This document shows, one piece after another, positions 23,472 to 36,872 of a stretch of 61,381 nt of DNA. Source of the stretch: Octopus bimaculoides (taxonomy: Eukaryota); NCBI RefSeq assembly GCF_001194135.2, contig NC_069005.1, positions 29,520,194 to 29,581,574 of the forward strand, in the 5' to 3' direction. Position 1 is the first letter of the stretch. The number at the start of each line of letters is the position of its first letter. Position numbers and translations under genes: made by a program. The notes below the pieces were generated by a model. The model did not search any database. It was not told the DNA's origin and was given only the letters and a program-made list of their open reading frames with translations.

Positions 23472-26400
23472 CTGCAAAGGAAAAAAAAAACAATATTGTA
23501 AGGATAAGATTAATGAAAAAAAAAAAAAAACGAAAAATATTTGTGAAAATCATACATCACGTTATGTTACCTGAAAACAATTCATTCGTCACTACTTCAG
23601 GTTGTGTGTGTACAGATGAAGAACCATGCCAGACTTTAAAAAAAAGTACTGGAGTCAATTCATTTGACTAAATAAATTCAAGGTGGTGCTCCAGCATGAC
23701 CACAGTCTAATAGTCAAAACATGTAAAAGATATTTTCATAATTAACTGAAGTAAAAGCAATGCAATTTCAACAGAAATATAAAACAACAAAAGTGTTAAT
23801 CTAATATCTGAATTTGCAGAACTATCCAACCCAATTCAGTAGAGATAGGGGGAAGGGATAGCTCCAACAAAGATGGAAGTAGAGGTGGGGGTGGGAAACC
23901 AAGCGAACAAGTAATTATAGGTCAATTGGCATTGTAGTTTAAAAATGAGAGAAAAGGTTAACATATGTGTTTCCCCTTTGTCTACAATGTGTGTGTCAAC
24001 CACTCTGCAGTTACCTTTTGACCTTTCAGTCAGTAAAAGACAAAATTTTGGTTAGCATCAATTTACAAACTTTAGCTGAGAGCATGACCCAGTAATCTGT
24101 TCCATGAATGTCATTTTAAATTTAACATTTTAATACCTTTTTCTTCTTTTTTTTTTATTTCATTTAACTTCACCACAATCACCATTACATTGCAGACCTG
24201 ACATGGTACAATTAGTTTGTCTCAATACTGACTACATTTCCACATAGTTGGAGGTTACTGGATAGGTAGTGGGGAGGGGGAGAAAGATGGTCAGTAAATG
24301 AGTTGTGAGGAGAAGGAGGAGGAGGCATCATGTGATGTGATAAAACAACCAGATTAGAACATTTCATAGACATTTTAGAATATGACTATCTAAATCTATT
24401 TATACACTTCCAGTCATAGATATAAAAGGCAAGTGAGAAAGAGTGGAAGAAATAAAGAGAGTGCATGTATACCAGGATGTTTGCAGTCTATATTAAATAT
24501 TGTGTGTGTGTACCCAACCACCTCTTGACAACCGATGAAGGTATGTATGTGTATATCTCCATAATTAAGCAGTTTGGCAAAAGAGAGCAATGGAATAAGT
24601 ACTAGGTTTTAAAAATAAGGGATATAGCCTTTCTCATTCGCAAAATGAGCCCCCTTTAATTTTGCTCAAATTGATTTCAGGTTTGATGTATCAATGCAAG
24701 TCTAAATTTTGATCGCGCTCAACCAATTAATTACTTTATCCCGTAAATTAAAGAATCTGATGCTATTTAGAATTAAAGTAGGGAAATTTTGGTAATTTTA
24801 GCCAATCAACAAACAGCAAGGCATTAACAGCTTGTTACCATGACAACTGTTTATTGTGTTGTTTCACCCGCATGTGTTGATTCTTCACACCACGAGATTT
24901 ACTTCGCCCGCATGTTTTGTTTTAATAAAAATTTACATTTATTAATTAGAATTTTATTATATTTTTCATATATAGCAAAAGTTGTTTGTGGTGTTTATAC
25001 AGTTTCTTGGCATTATGAAATGCTTAATACGAAAACACAGTACCTAGTCTGTAAAAAATGAGGAACAGTGTAAACAGGTAATAGACACCTGGAATGAGAT
25101 ATATGGCTAAGTTCCTTCCTGTAAACCTGTTACTTTTTCTTCTGTCTGAAATTGGTGATTATAATGTTTAATATCACGATTGTATTTTTTTTCTCCAAAA
25201 ACCAATTCATTCAGGAACTCACACTTGAGAACCCACAACGGAGAGGATTTGAAACCCTATAAGATAACTTGTCCTTAGACTAAGAAAATTTCCACTGATT
25301 ACAAATAAGAAAAATCTTTCTATTTAAGGTCATGAAAAACAGGGAAAATACACCCACAAGAATTCATTAAATTAATGCCAGCTAAATTTGATAGATCACA
25401 TCTATTATATATTAAACACTTCATTTATCAAACAAATAGGATTTCCCTTCTATCCTGCAATTCCTTCAGGGACCCCCAAGTAAAACTCAAAATGTCACAT
25501 ATAGAATTCTTTTTTTTTTTTTTTATTCGCTGGACTCCAGCCACGCTGGGTTATCAGTCCCAACAGTTTTTAATCTAGTTATTTCAATTGGCTATTTATT
25601 TCATTGATCTACATTTTACTGAGTGACTGTTATCATTCTGAAATAATTACCAGTTTCTTAATCAGTAGAGTTCTATCAAAAACAAATACAGACACACACA
25701 AACCATAGGCTGCTACACAGTGAGTTATGATTGTGATGTAAAATTAGCATAGCCATGCTTATATCTGCACGCACAGTTACCTCATCAAAATCTCAAAGCT
25801 ACAAGATAATGCTTGATTAATTAAAGACATATGGATAAATAAACATTACTTTTGATAGAATAATGTAAATACTAAGCAGTTAAGGAAGTTCGAGAAATAT
25901 TAAAAATATAGTGGAGTATATAATTGCATCTTGCTGGGAATCAAAAAAAAAAAAAAAAAAAAGGAGTTTTGATGCAGATGGAATTTAGAGTGACCTCAGA
26001 CAGTTTCTTTGAACTGTAAATTGTTAAAGATCTCACATCTGTTTTCTGTATGAGAATTTGTTAGAGAAGTTATCAACATGAATATTAACAGTAATATTTC
26101 GTGTTTGGATATGGCTTCACGAGAACAAACAAATCATTTAATTATTAGATGAAAGTGGAATCTATTTTCTCACAAAATAGACAGAATGAAGCCAAAGATG
26201 ATGTAATGTTTGGATTCAGAGTTCTTCAGCCTGCAGATATTTGGTTTAATTAAGTTGAACAGGATAATGGTGATTAAGGTTAACTCTGAGAGGACACAAA
26301 CAGATGGCAGAGAGATTACACAGACTTTTCTTCTTTCCTCACTGTAGACAAGCTGAAAAAACAGGTAGCTTTTCATCTCAGGAGCTAACCTTTGGTATAA

Positions 26401-27658
26401 GAGGAAATTATGTAGAAATGCCACTAGAAATGATAGTCAAATACCCACAAAACCACTCCTGATTTTTTGGAGAGAAATGACATACTGAATAAAGTTCTAG
26501 AAAATAAACACAAGAGGGTCACAGCTAGAATGCCTTTGATCTTCAGTCTGTTTTAGCAAGGTTAACTCAGGGTTAAACGACCTTTCATATGGTTATCCCC
26601 CTTCCAGAATAACATTTGGATTTCATTGATTAACAAGTACAGAAATGTTATAAGTCATCTATAATAGCAGGATGTAAAATGCTCATTAATTTCTGTCCAG
26701 TCAACTTATCCCGGGAGGAAGAGGACCTTCTGAAATAGATTTGCCACTTCCCACAGCAAGTTTGCTGTACTCTTTTTATCAATGTTACTGAATACACAGA
26801 CCAACACCATGCTCTTTGGAATCTGTCATAGAAATAGTTTTATGAAAAAGTGCAACTATGAGCAAATTTGAGAGTAAAAAGTACAAACCTTTTGCTTACA
26901 CACCCACATGTATGCATAAAGGGAAGATGGTAAAATTAATGTCAGAAAGCTGATTTCAGCTGTATTTCCAGAAATGCAATTGAAAAGGCATGAAATGTAG
27001 TTGATTAAATTGTCAAGTGTCTGACTGATAGAGTACTTTATTCACCCAGCTGTGATGATCTGAGTTCAGAATATAGAGGGATATATTCAAATTATCTGAC
27101 CACTGATTCTGCCGATATGCTAAGTAGAGAAGGTAATTAATTAAGAAAAACCTTAACTTATCCACGGATAGAATTCAAAAAAATTCCATCACAAGACTTT
27201 ATCAACAAGATCCTGGAATTGGGGCAAGATACATGGTTTAACTGCCAGGTGAGCTCTGGCTGATTAGGCCTATAGTCAAATGCGTTTCCCTTATGGCCAT
27301 TTCCTCTTTTATTCAACATAACCATGACAACATTTTGTGCGTTCTTCCTTTTAGGACAATAGAAAATAAGGTATTAAGGTGAATTTAGCTGTTATTTCTA
27401 ACCAGTAGAGGAATCTTGCTGAGGCCTCTTCATTGGCACAGCTATCTACAGTTTGTAGATGCATGCATATAGTGCAATGGGAAGTTAAAGAAACATTTCA
27501 ATCACACCCTCCTTTGGAATTTTTCAATGTTTATAAACTATTAAAAGATATTTTCTACATTCTGCGAAACCATTTCAATACCCCCCCCCCCACACACACA
27601 CACAGTAACATTCAAAATGGTTTTGAAAAATGTAAACAAACGGGTACAGGCAGACGTA

Positions 27659-27699
<41 letters not shown>

Positions 27700-27974
27700 T
27701 ACCATGGATAAGTGTCTTCTCATAGCCTTATGACTAATTTCAGACACACAGCATGGAATGGCAAAAATTGGCTTGTCAAATGAAAATACCTTGTGGTGTT
27801 TCACTCCACAGCAACTTTCTCCCTTTACATCCAGGTTGACTATTTTGTCCACTGGGTAGATAAACTCGTACCAAGCAATGTACTGGAGAGAGGGTGGTCA
27901 GTATAACTGATTAAAACCCTTTAAAGCAATACCACAACATGGATGCAGTGCAGCGAGTGACCAGAGGCTCCTAT

Positions 27975-28262
27975 CAATGGTCATGCGGGGGTACTGCCTT
28001 GAAGAAGAACTTCAGTTCAACAAATTAAACCTTGTACATTTTTTTTTTTAAGCCTGGTACTTATTTTATTGGTTTCTTTTGCTGAAGTTCAAATATTATG
28101 GGGGACAAACACAGATATACGACAGGCTTCTTTTAGTTTATGTCTACCAAATCCACTCACAAGGCTTTGTTCAGCCTAGGGCTATAATAGAAGACACTTG
28201 CCCAAGGTGCCATGCAATGGGATGGAACCTGGAACTTCTTACTGCACAGCCATTCCTGCATG
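27975..28262 (-). mobile_element. Family-A SINE
   Basis: AAATCCACTCACAAGGCTTTG...AGAAGACACTTGCCCAAGGTGCCATGC. Confidence 0.7.
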
Positions 28263-29255
28263 TATACACGAGAAAGGCTCAAATGCCAACACTTTGTTAA
28301 ACAGTGATTTTCTGCAGGCGTTCATTTATGAAAACAAAATCTAGTTCCTTTGACCTTGCAGTTATAGTTAAATCGTGTTCCATTAAGGAGATCCAATAAA
28401 GCTGAAACATGCTCAGAGTTGTCATTACACTGATAAACATCAAACTCACTCCCAGCAATTTTAAGAGGAGGAGGATGGGTCAATGCCATCAACATAGGTA
28501 CTTGACTGATACTTGGATTTCATCAACTGGTAAAGGGAATGAAAAGCAGGATTTGAACTCAGAACATAAATAGCTAGAAAAGATACTACAAAGCAATTTT
28601 TCTGATGCTCTAATGATTCTGCCAGCTCATTACCTTATATTTAATTAAAACTGAGATTGTCTCCCTTGTCCCCACTTTTTTTTTCACTAAAAATAATGTT
28701 GATAGTTGTTCCTCACCAAAGGTATAATTTTAATTAAAATATCCAGTTTTACTAGATAAAGTGTGCTAATTAGCACCCACTTTACTGTTACAGTTTTCAT
28801 ACATCAGTTCTCTCCCTAGCTATTTTTCTTCCCCTGTCATTCTACCAATTAAGATGTTTGTTCCTCCTGTCTTAAGATGTCAATGCCTCTACCAACCACA
28901 AAGTTGTTGACAAACAATCATGTCAAATAAAATAAACTTTAATGATTCACTAATAAATACAAGGCTGACCTCACCCTCTCCCCCCTGAAGGTCAGCCTTC
29001 CAGGATACAACTACTACTTCCTGTCATGTATATGAAGATTAGAAAACTAATTGGAGAATGGTACTCAGCATAAAACCTTAATATGACAGCTTTTTTTTCT
29101 AAGTAGAGATACTAAGAGCACACACATAAGTGTTTAGAAGAGTCCATTGCATGCAAAGTAGAACTATCACGCACGGCATAATGAGAACTGCCTTGTAATA
29201 TCTATAGAATTCTTTCATTTTTACTGTTATCACCAGAAAGTACCACACTTGATTT

Positions 29256-29462
29256 TAACCCTTTTGATGCCAACCTGGCTGAAACCACCTCTGGCTCTGT
29301 AGTACAAGTGTCTTGTTTTCATCAGTTTTGAATTAAAATCTTCCAACAAACCTTTGTCACAATTTATGTTCCTAACATAAGCTTAAGTTATTTTACTAAA
29401 TTCTTTGTTATATTCAAAATTAATTGAAAGAAACACAGACCATCTCAAAATAAATATGGTTA
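29256..29462. mobile_element. Second TTAA/CCC-ended MITE family (F)
   Basis: TTAA|CCCTTTTGATGCC start; related segments at about 33700-33850 and 43871-44100. Confidence 0.45.
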
Positions 29463-29474
29463 AATAATCTAGGG

Positions 29475-29685
29475 CAGTGGTTTTCAACTGGGGTCTGTAT
29501 GACCCTTGGAGGTCCATATAAGATTTTGTTGTTAAGGTTTATATGCAATAAATTAGTTATACTTCTACACTATACAAAATATTAAAATTTTTTTTAATAC
29601 AATTCCTAATAACAAATAAAAATATAGGATTTTTTTAATGTCCATGGAAGGGCTATGGTGCAGTAGAGTAAAACAGAAACCATTG
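29475..29685. mobile_element. hAT (Charlie-like) MITE with 8-bp TSD
   Basis: Ends CAGTGGTTTTCAAC / GAAACCATTG; flanks ATCTAGGG and ATCTAGAG (NTCTAGAN); related copies at about 35720-35906 and 59130-59280. Confidence 0.75.
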
Positions 29686-30780
29686 ATCTAGAGAATATCT
29701 TTTGGACAGTCTTTAGAACAAGCTTTGCCAAACATTCGCAAGATGGTGAAACTTAAATGACATTAACCTTGCCTCATATAAAAGTAAATTGTAACGCCAA
29801 TGAAGGAACAGCTATGTAGTTACCTGACATGCTAGAGATAGCAGCAAAATCGGTTTTAAAAGACGTAACTAAGCTAATCCCCTAGCTTTACAGTTGTAGA
29901 AAATATATATTAAAGAGAAGTTTGACAGTTCTGTGTTTTCAATAAAAAAGCTAAAGTGTGCCTAAATGTAAAGAGTTCCAGTTGCAAGCAAGACATTTTG
30001 TAAGGTTATAGTAGGGTACTGTAAATGTCACTACAAACCACAGCAACAATAAACCAACAAGAGAGCTTTTAAATCCACTTGGTAAAAATAAGCATTGATT
30101 GACCCTCAAATCACCTTAGAATTTGGGGGGGGGGAAAGAAGAAAAGAATGACACTGAATAATGTAATCCAAGATACACTATGACAATAAAAGACAAGTGA
30201 CAAGTCAGTGATCGCTGATGTCTGCTCAATCAGGGATGATCTGCAGGTAAATAAGCACTTGCTTCTGATAGCGATTTATAGCTAATATGGAATGTCTCAA
30301 TATCTTTCCCAAGAACAAATCACAGACAAAAATATCTGATCTAACACTGATACCTAAAAAAAACTTGGTTAGCTGCGAGTTAAAGGAATAGATTAGAACT
30401 CTAAGAGCTGTATTGTTTGACAACGGTAAATAGGAAAGAAAAGTATTAGAAAGGACCACATTAGCATAGTTAATTCCTTAAGCCAGAAAGACTGATGCAA
30501 ATATTCCATTAAGCTTTTTTGATTTGTCAAAATCGCTCGCTTAAAAAAAAAATAGTTTTAATACTGAATTATGGTATCAAGGAATTATGGTTAGTCATTT
30601 TAGCTTTCAGCTTTCTTTTTGGCAATAAAAAGAAAGCAGAGCAAGATAATGTATTCAACATCAAATGTTAAAATATTACAAATAAATTCAATGTAACTAA
30701 ACATGAACACTCAAAATGGCTTTTCTTTAAAGGCAAAATATTTAAAGTATCATACAGACAAGAAAGTAATAGCTCAAATG

Positions 30781-30875
30781 CAGTATAGCCATGGAAACAG
30801 CAGAAAGATTGGGTGTTTTTCTGTCATATAAAGGTAAAATACCCCAATCTTTCTGCTGTTTTCATGGCTATACCG
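30781..30875. repeat. 95-bp near-perfect inverted repeat (hairpin MITE or pre-miRNA-like)
   Basis: Arms of 39 and 40 bp with 3 substitutions and 1 indel; 16-nt loop. Confidence 0.9.
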
Positions 30876-30935
30876 TGTTTGAAATATTGCTTTGTATATG
30901 ATACACATTTGACGCTTCCAAAAACCAAAAAAGTT

Positions 30936-31142
30936 AATGGTTTCAAATTTTGGCACATGGACAGCACGTTTGGGGGAGGGGCTGAGTTCATTAAATCGAC
31001 CCCAGCGTTCAACTGGCACTTACTTTATCGACTCCAAAAGAATGAAGGCAAAGTTGACCCCGGCGGAATTTGAACCCAGACCGTAAAGATAGATGAAATG
31101 CTGCTGCTAAGCATTTTGCCCAGGATGTTAATGGTTCTGCCA
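30936..31142 (-). mobile_element. Family-B SINE
   Basis: ATGGTTTCAAATTTTGGCAC...GAAGGCAAAGTTGACCCCGGCGGAATTTGAACCC. Confidence 0.8.
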
Positions 31143-32567
31143 TTTTGTACATTTGGCATTTAAGTTAATATGAAAGTATGAGATGGCCAATATACTTTGT
31201 AGTTTTTAATTCCTGTTTCCAAGATTAAATTTCACCCAAGACAAATTTAGTCTTTCGTAGCTCTATCATAAAAAAATAAATAAATAAATAAATACAAAGA
31301 TGCTAGGATCATGCATATAGATTAATTATGATCCATATTCTAAAAGGAAATGATAATCTTGTACAACACGAAATATTTAGTATTCTAAATGCAAAGATAC
31401 AAACAACGTCATTAAAATATTTCCGCTACCATCTTTTACAGGTAACTTGATAGCTTGAGAACAACCAGTAGGATAACCCCCACAAATTAACATACCCTGA
31501 GATGAGAGAAGATTTCAATGAATGAGAATCCTAAATGTTAATATGCCACAGGTAGAACAAGAAAAACAACCAAGACTAACATTTGCAAAAGTTGTAAGAA
31601 ATCTAGAAGATTCTGGTTTACTTGAATCAGATATTAGTAATACAAGAGTTATACACACACAAACAAAAGGTCAACTGTACCCTATCGATAACAATCTCTG
31701 TATAGCAAAGAAGTCAAGCCTACCTAATGTAGGTGGTAGCCCTGGGTCAACCCTGATCCTATAATCAAATCATTCAAGCTGTGATCAGACCCCCTCCCCT
31801 ATAGTGTATTTTGGACTACATATGTAACATATTCGTCTTTGTTTTTACGTGAGGGTGTAAGGGTGGCTGGTATTTTAGTCAGGTTGAGCAATTACAGAGA
31901 ATTCCTTGTTTACCTTAAGCATATCAATTTGAAGAAAGCAATTAAAGACAATATTTACCAGATGTGTATTGAGAAAGGTTTCTAATAAACGAAATGGAGC
32001 AACTGACATGCTGCCGGAGGTAACCTCAAAAGTTCTATAAGATATTTGAAAGTATGAAGGTATGTAACTATATGTTCCATCTACAATAAAATGCCCGATT
32101 GTTTGATCATCATTTTCTCTTGCTTTCAAATTTTTCAAATGATAGGACTTTTTTTTATAGTTTAGGTCAACCTGTGAGTCCTGGTTTTTTTTCAGTCTTT
32201 CTTCCAAAGATCAGAGATTTTGGAGTGAATGTGCTAAAAATCCAAGAGGTAATATTAAAACAGGTGATGAATTACACTGCCCTTGAAGAAACAGTCCATC
32301 AAACTTGGTTTCTCCAGTTTCCAGCCAAATTTCATTCAAAGCTCTATTCAACCCAAAGCCATGCTAGTAGACTGTACAGTAGAATCAAACTAAAATCCAC
32401 AGGGTTGCAAAATAAACTAGGGCATCCAGCTGTAGAAACCATGCCGAAACAGACAATTGGAGTATGGACAGCTCCCTAGCTGGCCGGCCCCAGTCAAACC
32501 ATCCAACCCATGCCAGTATGGAAAACAATGATGATGATGTGACTGAAACACTAAACTATCTCTTTTG

Positions 32568-32746
32568 TTAACCCTTTACCATTTAAAGTGGCCCTATCTG
32601 GCCCAAATATTCTGTTTCATGCGTCTCACCTTACCCTATAATGTCATTCTAAAAATGAACGGATCAGATTATTGAAATCTTGATGCTACAAGACAATAAC
32701 AATAAGTATTACTTTTGACAGAGTAGTTTGGATGCTAAAGGCTTAA
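32568..32746 (-). mobile_element. piggyBac-like MITE family E
   Basis: TTAA|CCCTTTACCATTT ... GATGCTAAAGGC|TTAA. Confidence 0.65.
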
Positions 32747-35435
32747 ACCAACAAATTTGAAAGACATAATGAAACACAAGTCGGAAACAGATTCTACTCT
32801 TTGAAAATAAAACAAAACAAAAAATTAAAATCTAGAATTTCAGGACACTGACGATGACAGAAACAATTAGTCCATCGTTGGGCGAGTTCAATTACACAGA
32901 GAGGTGAATAACCTATTAGGCCCCTTGTCTTCATCTCAGGCAAAACGCAAGGGTTTTAAGCATTGGTTTCCTTACTCTTCAATTGAAATTATAGAACAAA
33001 TGAACGAATGTGCCAAAGGAAAAATTCTGGTAAAATTCTTTGGTTGAACAGTTTCTTTGGAATACATCAACTGACTGTACAAGTCTTTCTTATTCAGTTT
33101 CCACATTCACAAGGTGACAGTAATAAAATAAAAAATATGAATAATGTCATAGCAAAAACTCTCCAATCATAAACCCATTTGTAGAATACATTATTACATT
33201 AAAAAATACCCTTTTTAATATTTAAAATTTAAAAAAATTTAAAAAAGGGGGAGGTGAAGTGCATGTGGAAAGGATATGAAGGTCATTAATTGAAATTGGA
33301 GAAAGAAAAAAAATCAAATGTAAAGTGCTTAGAACCAGTGGAAGCCATTTGTAAGAATTGTTAACTTCCTGTTGAAAATAATTATAATTATACACTCAAG
33401 AGTTAGGACAGAAAGGCAAGATCATCGTAAATAACATTAACTGGAAGGTTCTTGCATCCTTAATACATCAGTGAAAACCAAGAAGGATTATAAATCGTTT
33501 TTCCTTATTTTATTCCAAAATCATCACCATTTATCTCCATAATTGTTTTCTTTCGATCTTGTTTTGCCAAATACACAGGGATCTACGACAATGAATTCAA
33601 CCATTCTGAAGTAAATTACACAAATTACTTGGGCCAAATTCATCACACACACACACACACACATTTTATTAACTCTTCTGATATGAATGCACTTGAAACA
33701 GCCCTTGGTTCAACAATACAAATACTGTTTTAAAGCAATATAAATCAAAACCTCTCATTAAAATTTATATTCAAAACATCAGCTTAATAACAAAATTATT
33801 TTGCTAAGTTCTTTCATTATTTTCAAAATATGGTAACAAAAGGTTTAAAGAACTTAAAGCTGTACAAACAGTACAGGACTTGATCTGAGGTCATGTGTTG
33901 AAATGGACAATTTCATCTTTGCAAGTCATGATAGCTATTTATTGAAAAGGCACATACACATACCATTATATTCAATTTTGTTTCAGTTTGTGATGATAAA
34001 CACTTTTGTCGTGTTTCTGACCCACTCAGAAGTGGACATGTACAAGACTGGTTAATTATACATTAGAAAATACAACAAAAGTGTGTATAAAGAGGTGTGG
34101 GTATGTGGTAAATTATTATAACTACCATAATATAATGGTATAAAAAAAAATTGAAATAGAAATATAGTTTGATTCCCTGGGAAAAAGAAAATGAAACCCT
34201 CGATAATGGAGTAGAAAGGGATACATTTTAAGGAGATTTATCTAGTGTGTAGATGTTGTACAGAGGAAAAGTTCACAGGATGTTAATGGGTTCACCTGCC
34301 ATGAAGAGTGGGAAATAATGTGTCAGGCTCTTCCCACTCCGCACAATAATGAAACATCAGTAGTTTACCAATTCCTTTGGATTAATTTTTACTGATGTAG
34401 GCCCTTGCAAGTTTCCTCGGATTTCAAGAACAACAGCTTCTGTGGCATAGGTTGAGGATTCGAAAGGATTCAGTGAACCAAAAGACTGTGTGAAGCCCCA
34501 ATGTCTGCTTTGGCGTGGCTTCTGTGGGTGGAGGCCCTTTTAGATGCCAACCACTTTACTGTTCATTTAACAATCATTTCCCCCCACGCCTGATTGGGTT
34601 GGATCAGCAGTTATTTGAAATAGGATTTTATGGATCACTGCTCTTATGTATNNNNNNNNNNNNNNNNNNNNNNNNNNNNNNNNNNNNNNNNNNNNNNNNN
34701 NNNNNNNNNNNNNNNNNNNNNNNNNNNNNNNNNNNNNNNNNNNNNNNNNNNNNNNNNNNNNNNNNNNNNNNNNNNNNNNNNNNNNNNNNNNNNNNNNNNN
34801 NNNNNNNNNNNNNNNNNNNNNNNNNNNNNNNNNNNNNNNNNNNNNNNNNNNNNNNNNNNNNNNNNNNNNNNNNNNNNNNNNNNNNNNNNNNNNNNNNNNN
34901 NNNNNNNNNNNNNNNNNNNNNNNNNNNNNNNNNNNNNNNNNNNNNNNNNNNNNNNNNNNNNNNNNNNNNNNNNNNNNNNNNNNNNNNNNNNNNNNNNNNN
35001 NNNNNNNNNNNNNNNNNNNNNNNNNNNNNNNNNNNNNNNNNNNNNNNNNNNNNNNNNNNNNNNNNNNNNNNNNNNNNNNNNNNNNNNNNNNNNNNNNNNN
35101 NNNNNNNNNNNNNNNNNNNNNNNNNNNNNNNNNNNNNGTCGTAATGTCTACAGTGGAATAGAAATTTAAGAATCAGCAGATGGACTTTGTAAACAATTCC
35201 AAACTTCTAATAATAGAAGCTCTCCAACAAGAATGTTAGATTTAAATGGTATTTATATACTCAGGTGCACACTTCTGCCTGTTTGCATACAAGTGCACAA
35301 ATGCAAGCATTTATGTGTACGTCTATGCATGTGTTCATCCATCATGAAAAATGTGATGCGAGAAATGGACAGTGAAGAGTGGACGGAGAGAAAGAAAGAA
35401 AAAAAAATCAATAGAGAACCAGACAAAGCATTTTG

Positions 35436-35710
35436 TGGCTGTGTGGCAGGAAGCTTGCTTCCCAACCACATGGTTCTAGGTTCAGTCCCACTGTGCAGCA
35501 CCTTGGGCAAGTGTCTTCTGCTATAGCCTTGGGCCAGCCAAAGCCTTGTGAGTGGATTTGTAAGATGGAAACTGAAAGAAGCCTGATGTATGAGCCTGGT
35601 GTAGCCATCTGGTTCACCAGTCCTCAGTCAAATCGTCCAACCCATGCTAGCATGGAAAGCGGACGTTAAACGATGATGATGATATATATATCTGTGTTTG
35701 TTCCCCCCAC
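35436..35710 (+). mobile_element. Family-A SINE containing a 5'-truncated family-G tail (about 35594-35678)
   Basis: A head and core, then GAGCCTGGTGTAGCC...GGACGTTAAACGATGATGAT, then the A body resumes (TGTGTTTGTTCCCCCCA). Confidence 0.75.
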
Positions 35711-36872
35711 TGGAACATTGCCAGTCACTGTATATAAAGAAATGCATATAAAAAAATCTTGCTGTATTTTTATGATTAAATATATTAGGAATTGCATTAA
35801 AACAAATTGTTAAACTATTTTGTGTCTTGTACAAGTATATAACCAGTTTATTGCACATAAATTTTAACAATAAAATCTTATAATGGGCTCCGGTTGAGAA
35901 CCACTACTTTTAATGATGATAAAATGTACGACAAACCAATCAGACACAAGAGATCAATATATCTGATTTTGCAATTGAAAGCAGTACATCAGCATAAGGA
36001 CAGCCCAATGACTGAAAGCAGTATTTAAAAGAAATAACCAAAACATAAAAAGTGGATGACACACCGATGACAAAGATATGGATATACAATTATTGTTGTT
36101 AGAGCATTTGATAAAAGCTACAGTCTGTCTTGTCTGTCATCAAACTCCGAACAAAATGAAAGGGAAGCTTTAAATGTAGAGTCTAAAGGCCTTGTATGCT
36201 GACAGATGACAGATTTTTACATAAAGTTTTAATGGCTGATCATTATCAGAGTCGAGTTGAGAGATGCATGACATTAAAGAAATAGCATTACTGGAATTTT
36301 GTGATGAAGATAAACTGATGTGTAGTTGGTTTCAAATGGAGCCAAATTTAATTGCATACCATGCCAATGAAGTAAAATAATCAGACTGATAATATTTCTT
36401 TAAAAAAAAAAAGAAAAAGAGAAATGAAAAAAAATTCACCCAGCATTGATTGGTAAGGTCATGGGAAGTGAAGACACAACATTTCTGCAAAATAAAGAAG
36501 ACCATCGTACACACACGAGTGTGTGTATGTTTACATATGCACCTGCAAAAGTAGCTTGCAATGATTCTACTGTCATTTCTCCTATTAACAGCTCATCCAT
36601 TCACTGAGTGTCTTCAAAGAAATAAAGAGATTCTTACTTGAAAAGCAGTTGAGGATGAGCAACAGGAAAGGTACCCAGTAGTAAAACAAGGCCTCAGTAA
36701 TATAAAAGCCTAACCCATGCTAGCACAGAAGAACATATAAAACTACTGGATTTATTACAATAACTTTTTTATATTTATTTTCCATAGCAAGTTGATCTTT
36801 AGAATGTAATGAAAGGTTCTTTCACAAATGATGAAAAATGTTTTATTTTACATATGAACATTTTAAAAGTAG

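Noticed and set aside
26180-26850. Coding-like plus-strand stretch with many in-frame stops
   Set aside because: Possibly a decayed LINE ORF2, but no diagnostic motif was recognisable.
27052-27106. GTGATGA...CTGA box C/D-like motif
   Set aside because: Antisense to the host, short, no terminal stem, and overlaps what looks like a degenerate SINE remnant.
31522-32479. ORFs of 80-126 aa and plus-strand splice-like sites (31879-32059)
   Set aside because: All frames of the putative exon contain stops; no recognisable protein similarity.
32843-32873. Second hammerhead-like motif GGACA-CTGACGA-TGACA-GAAAC-AATTA-GTCC
   Set aside because: Only 5 nt between the core halves, so stem II cannot form; at best a dead remnant.
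34306-34398. Two 9-bp-stem hairpins with an ACAATA hinge (H/ACA snoRNA-like)
   Set aside because: The H-box is on the strand antisense to the host, and there is no terminal ACA.
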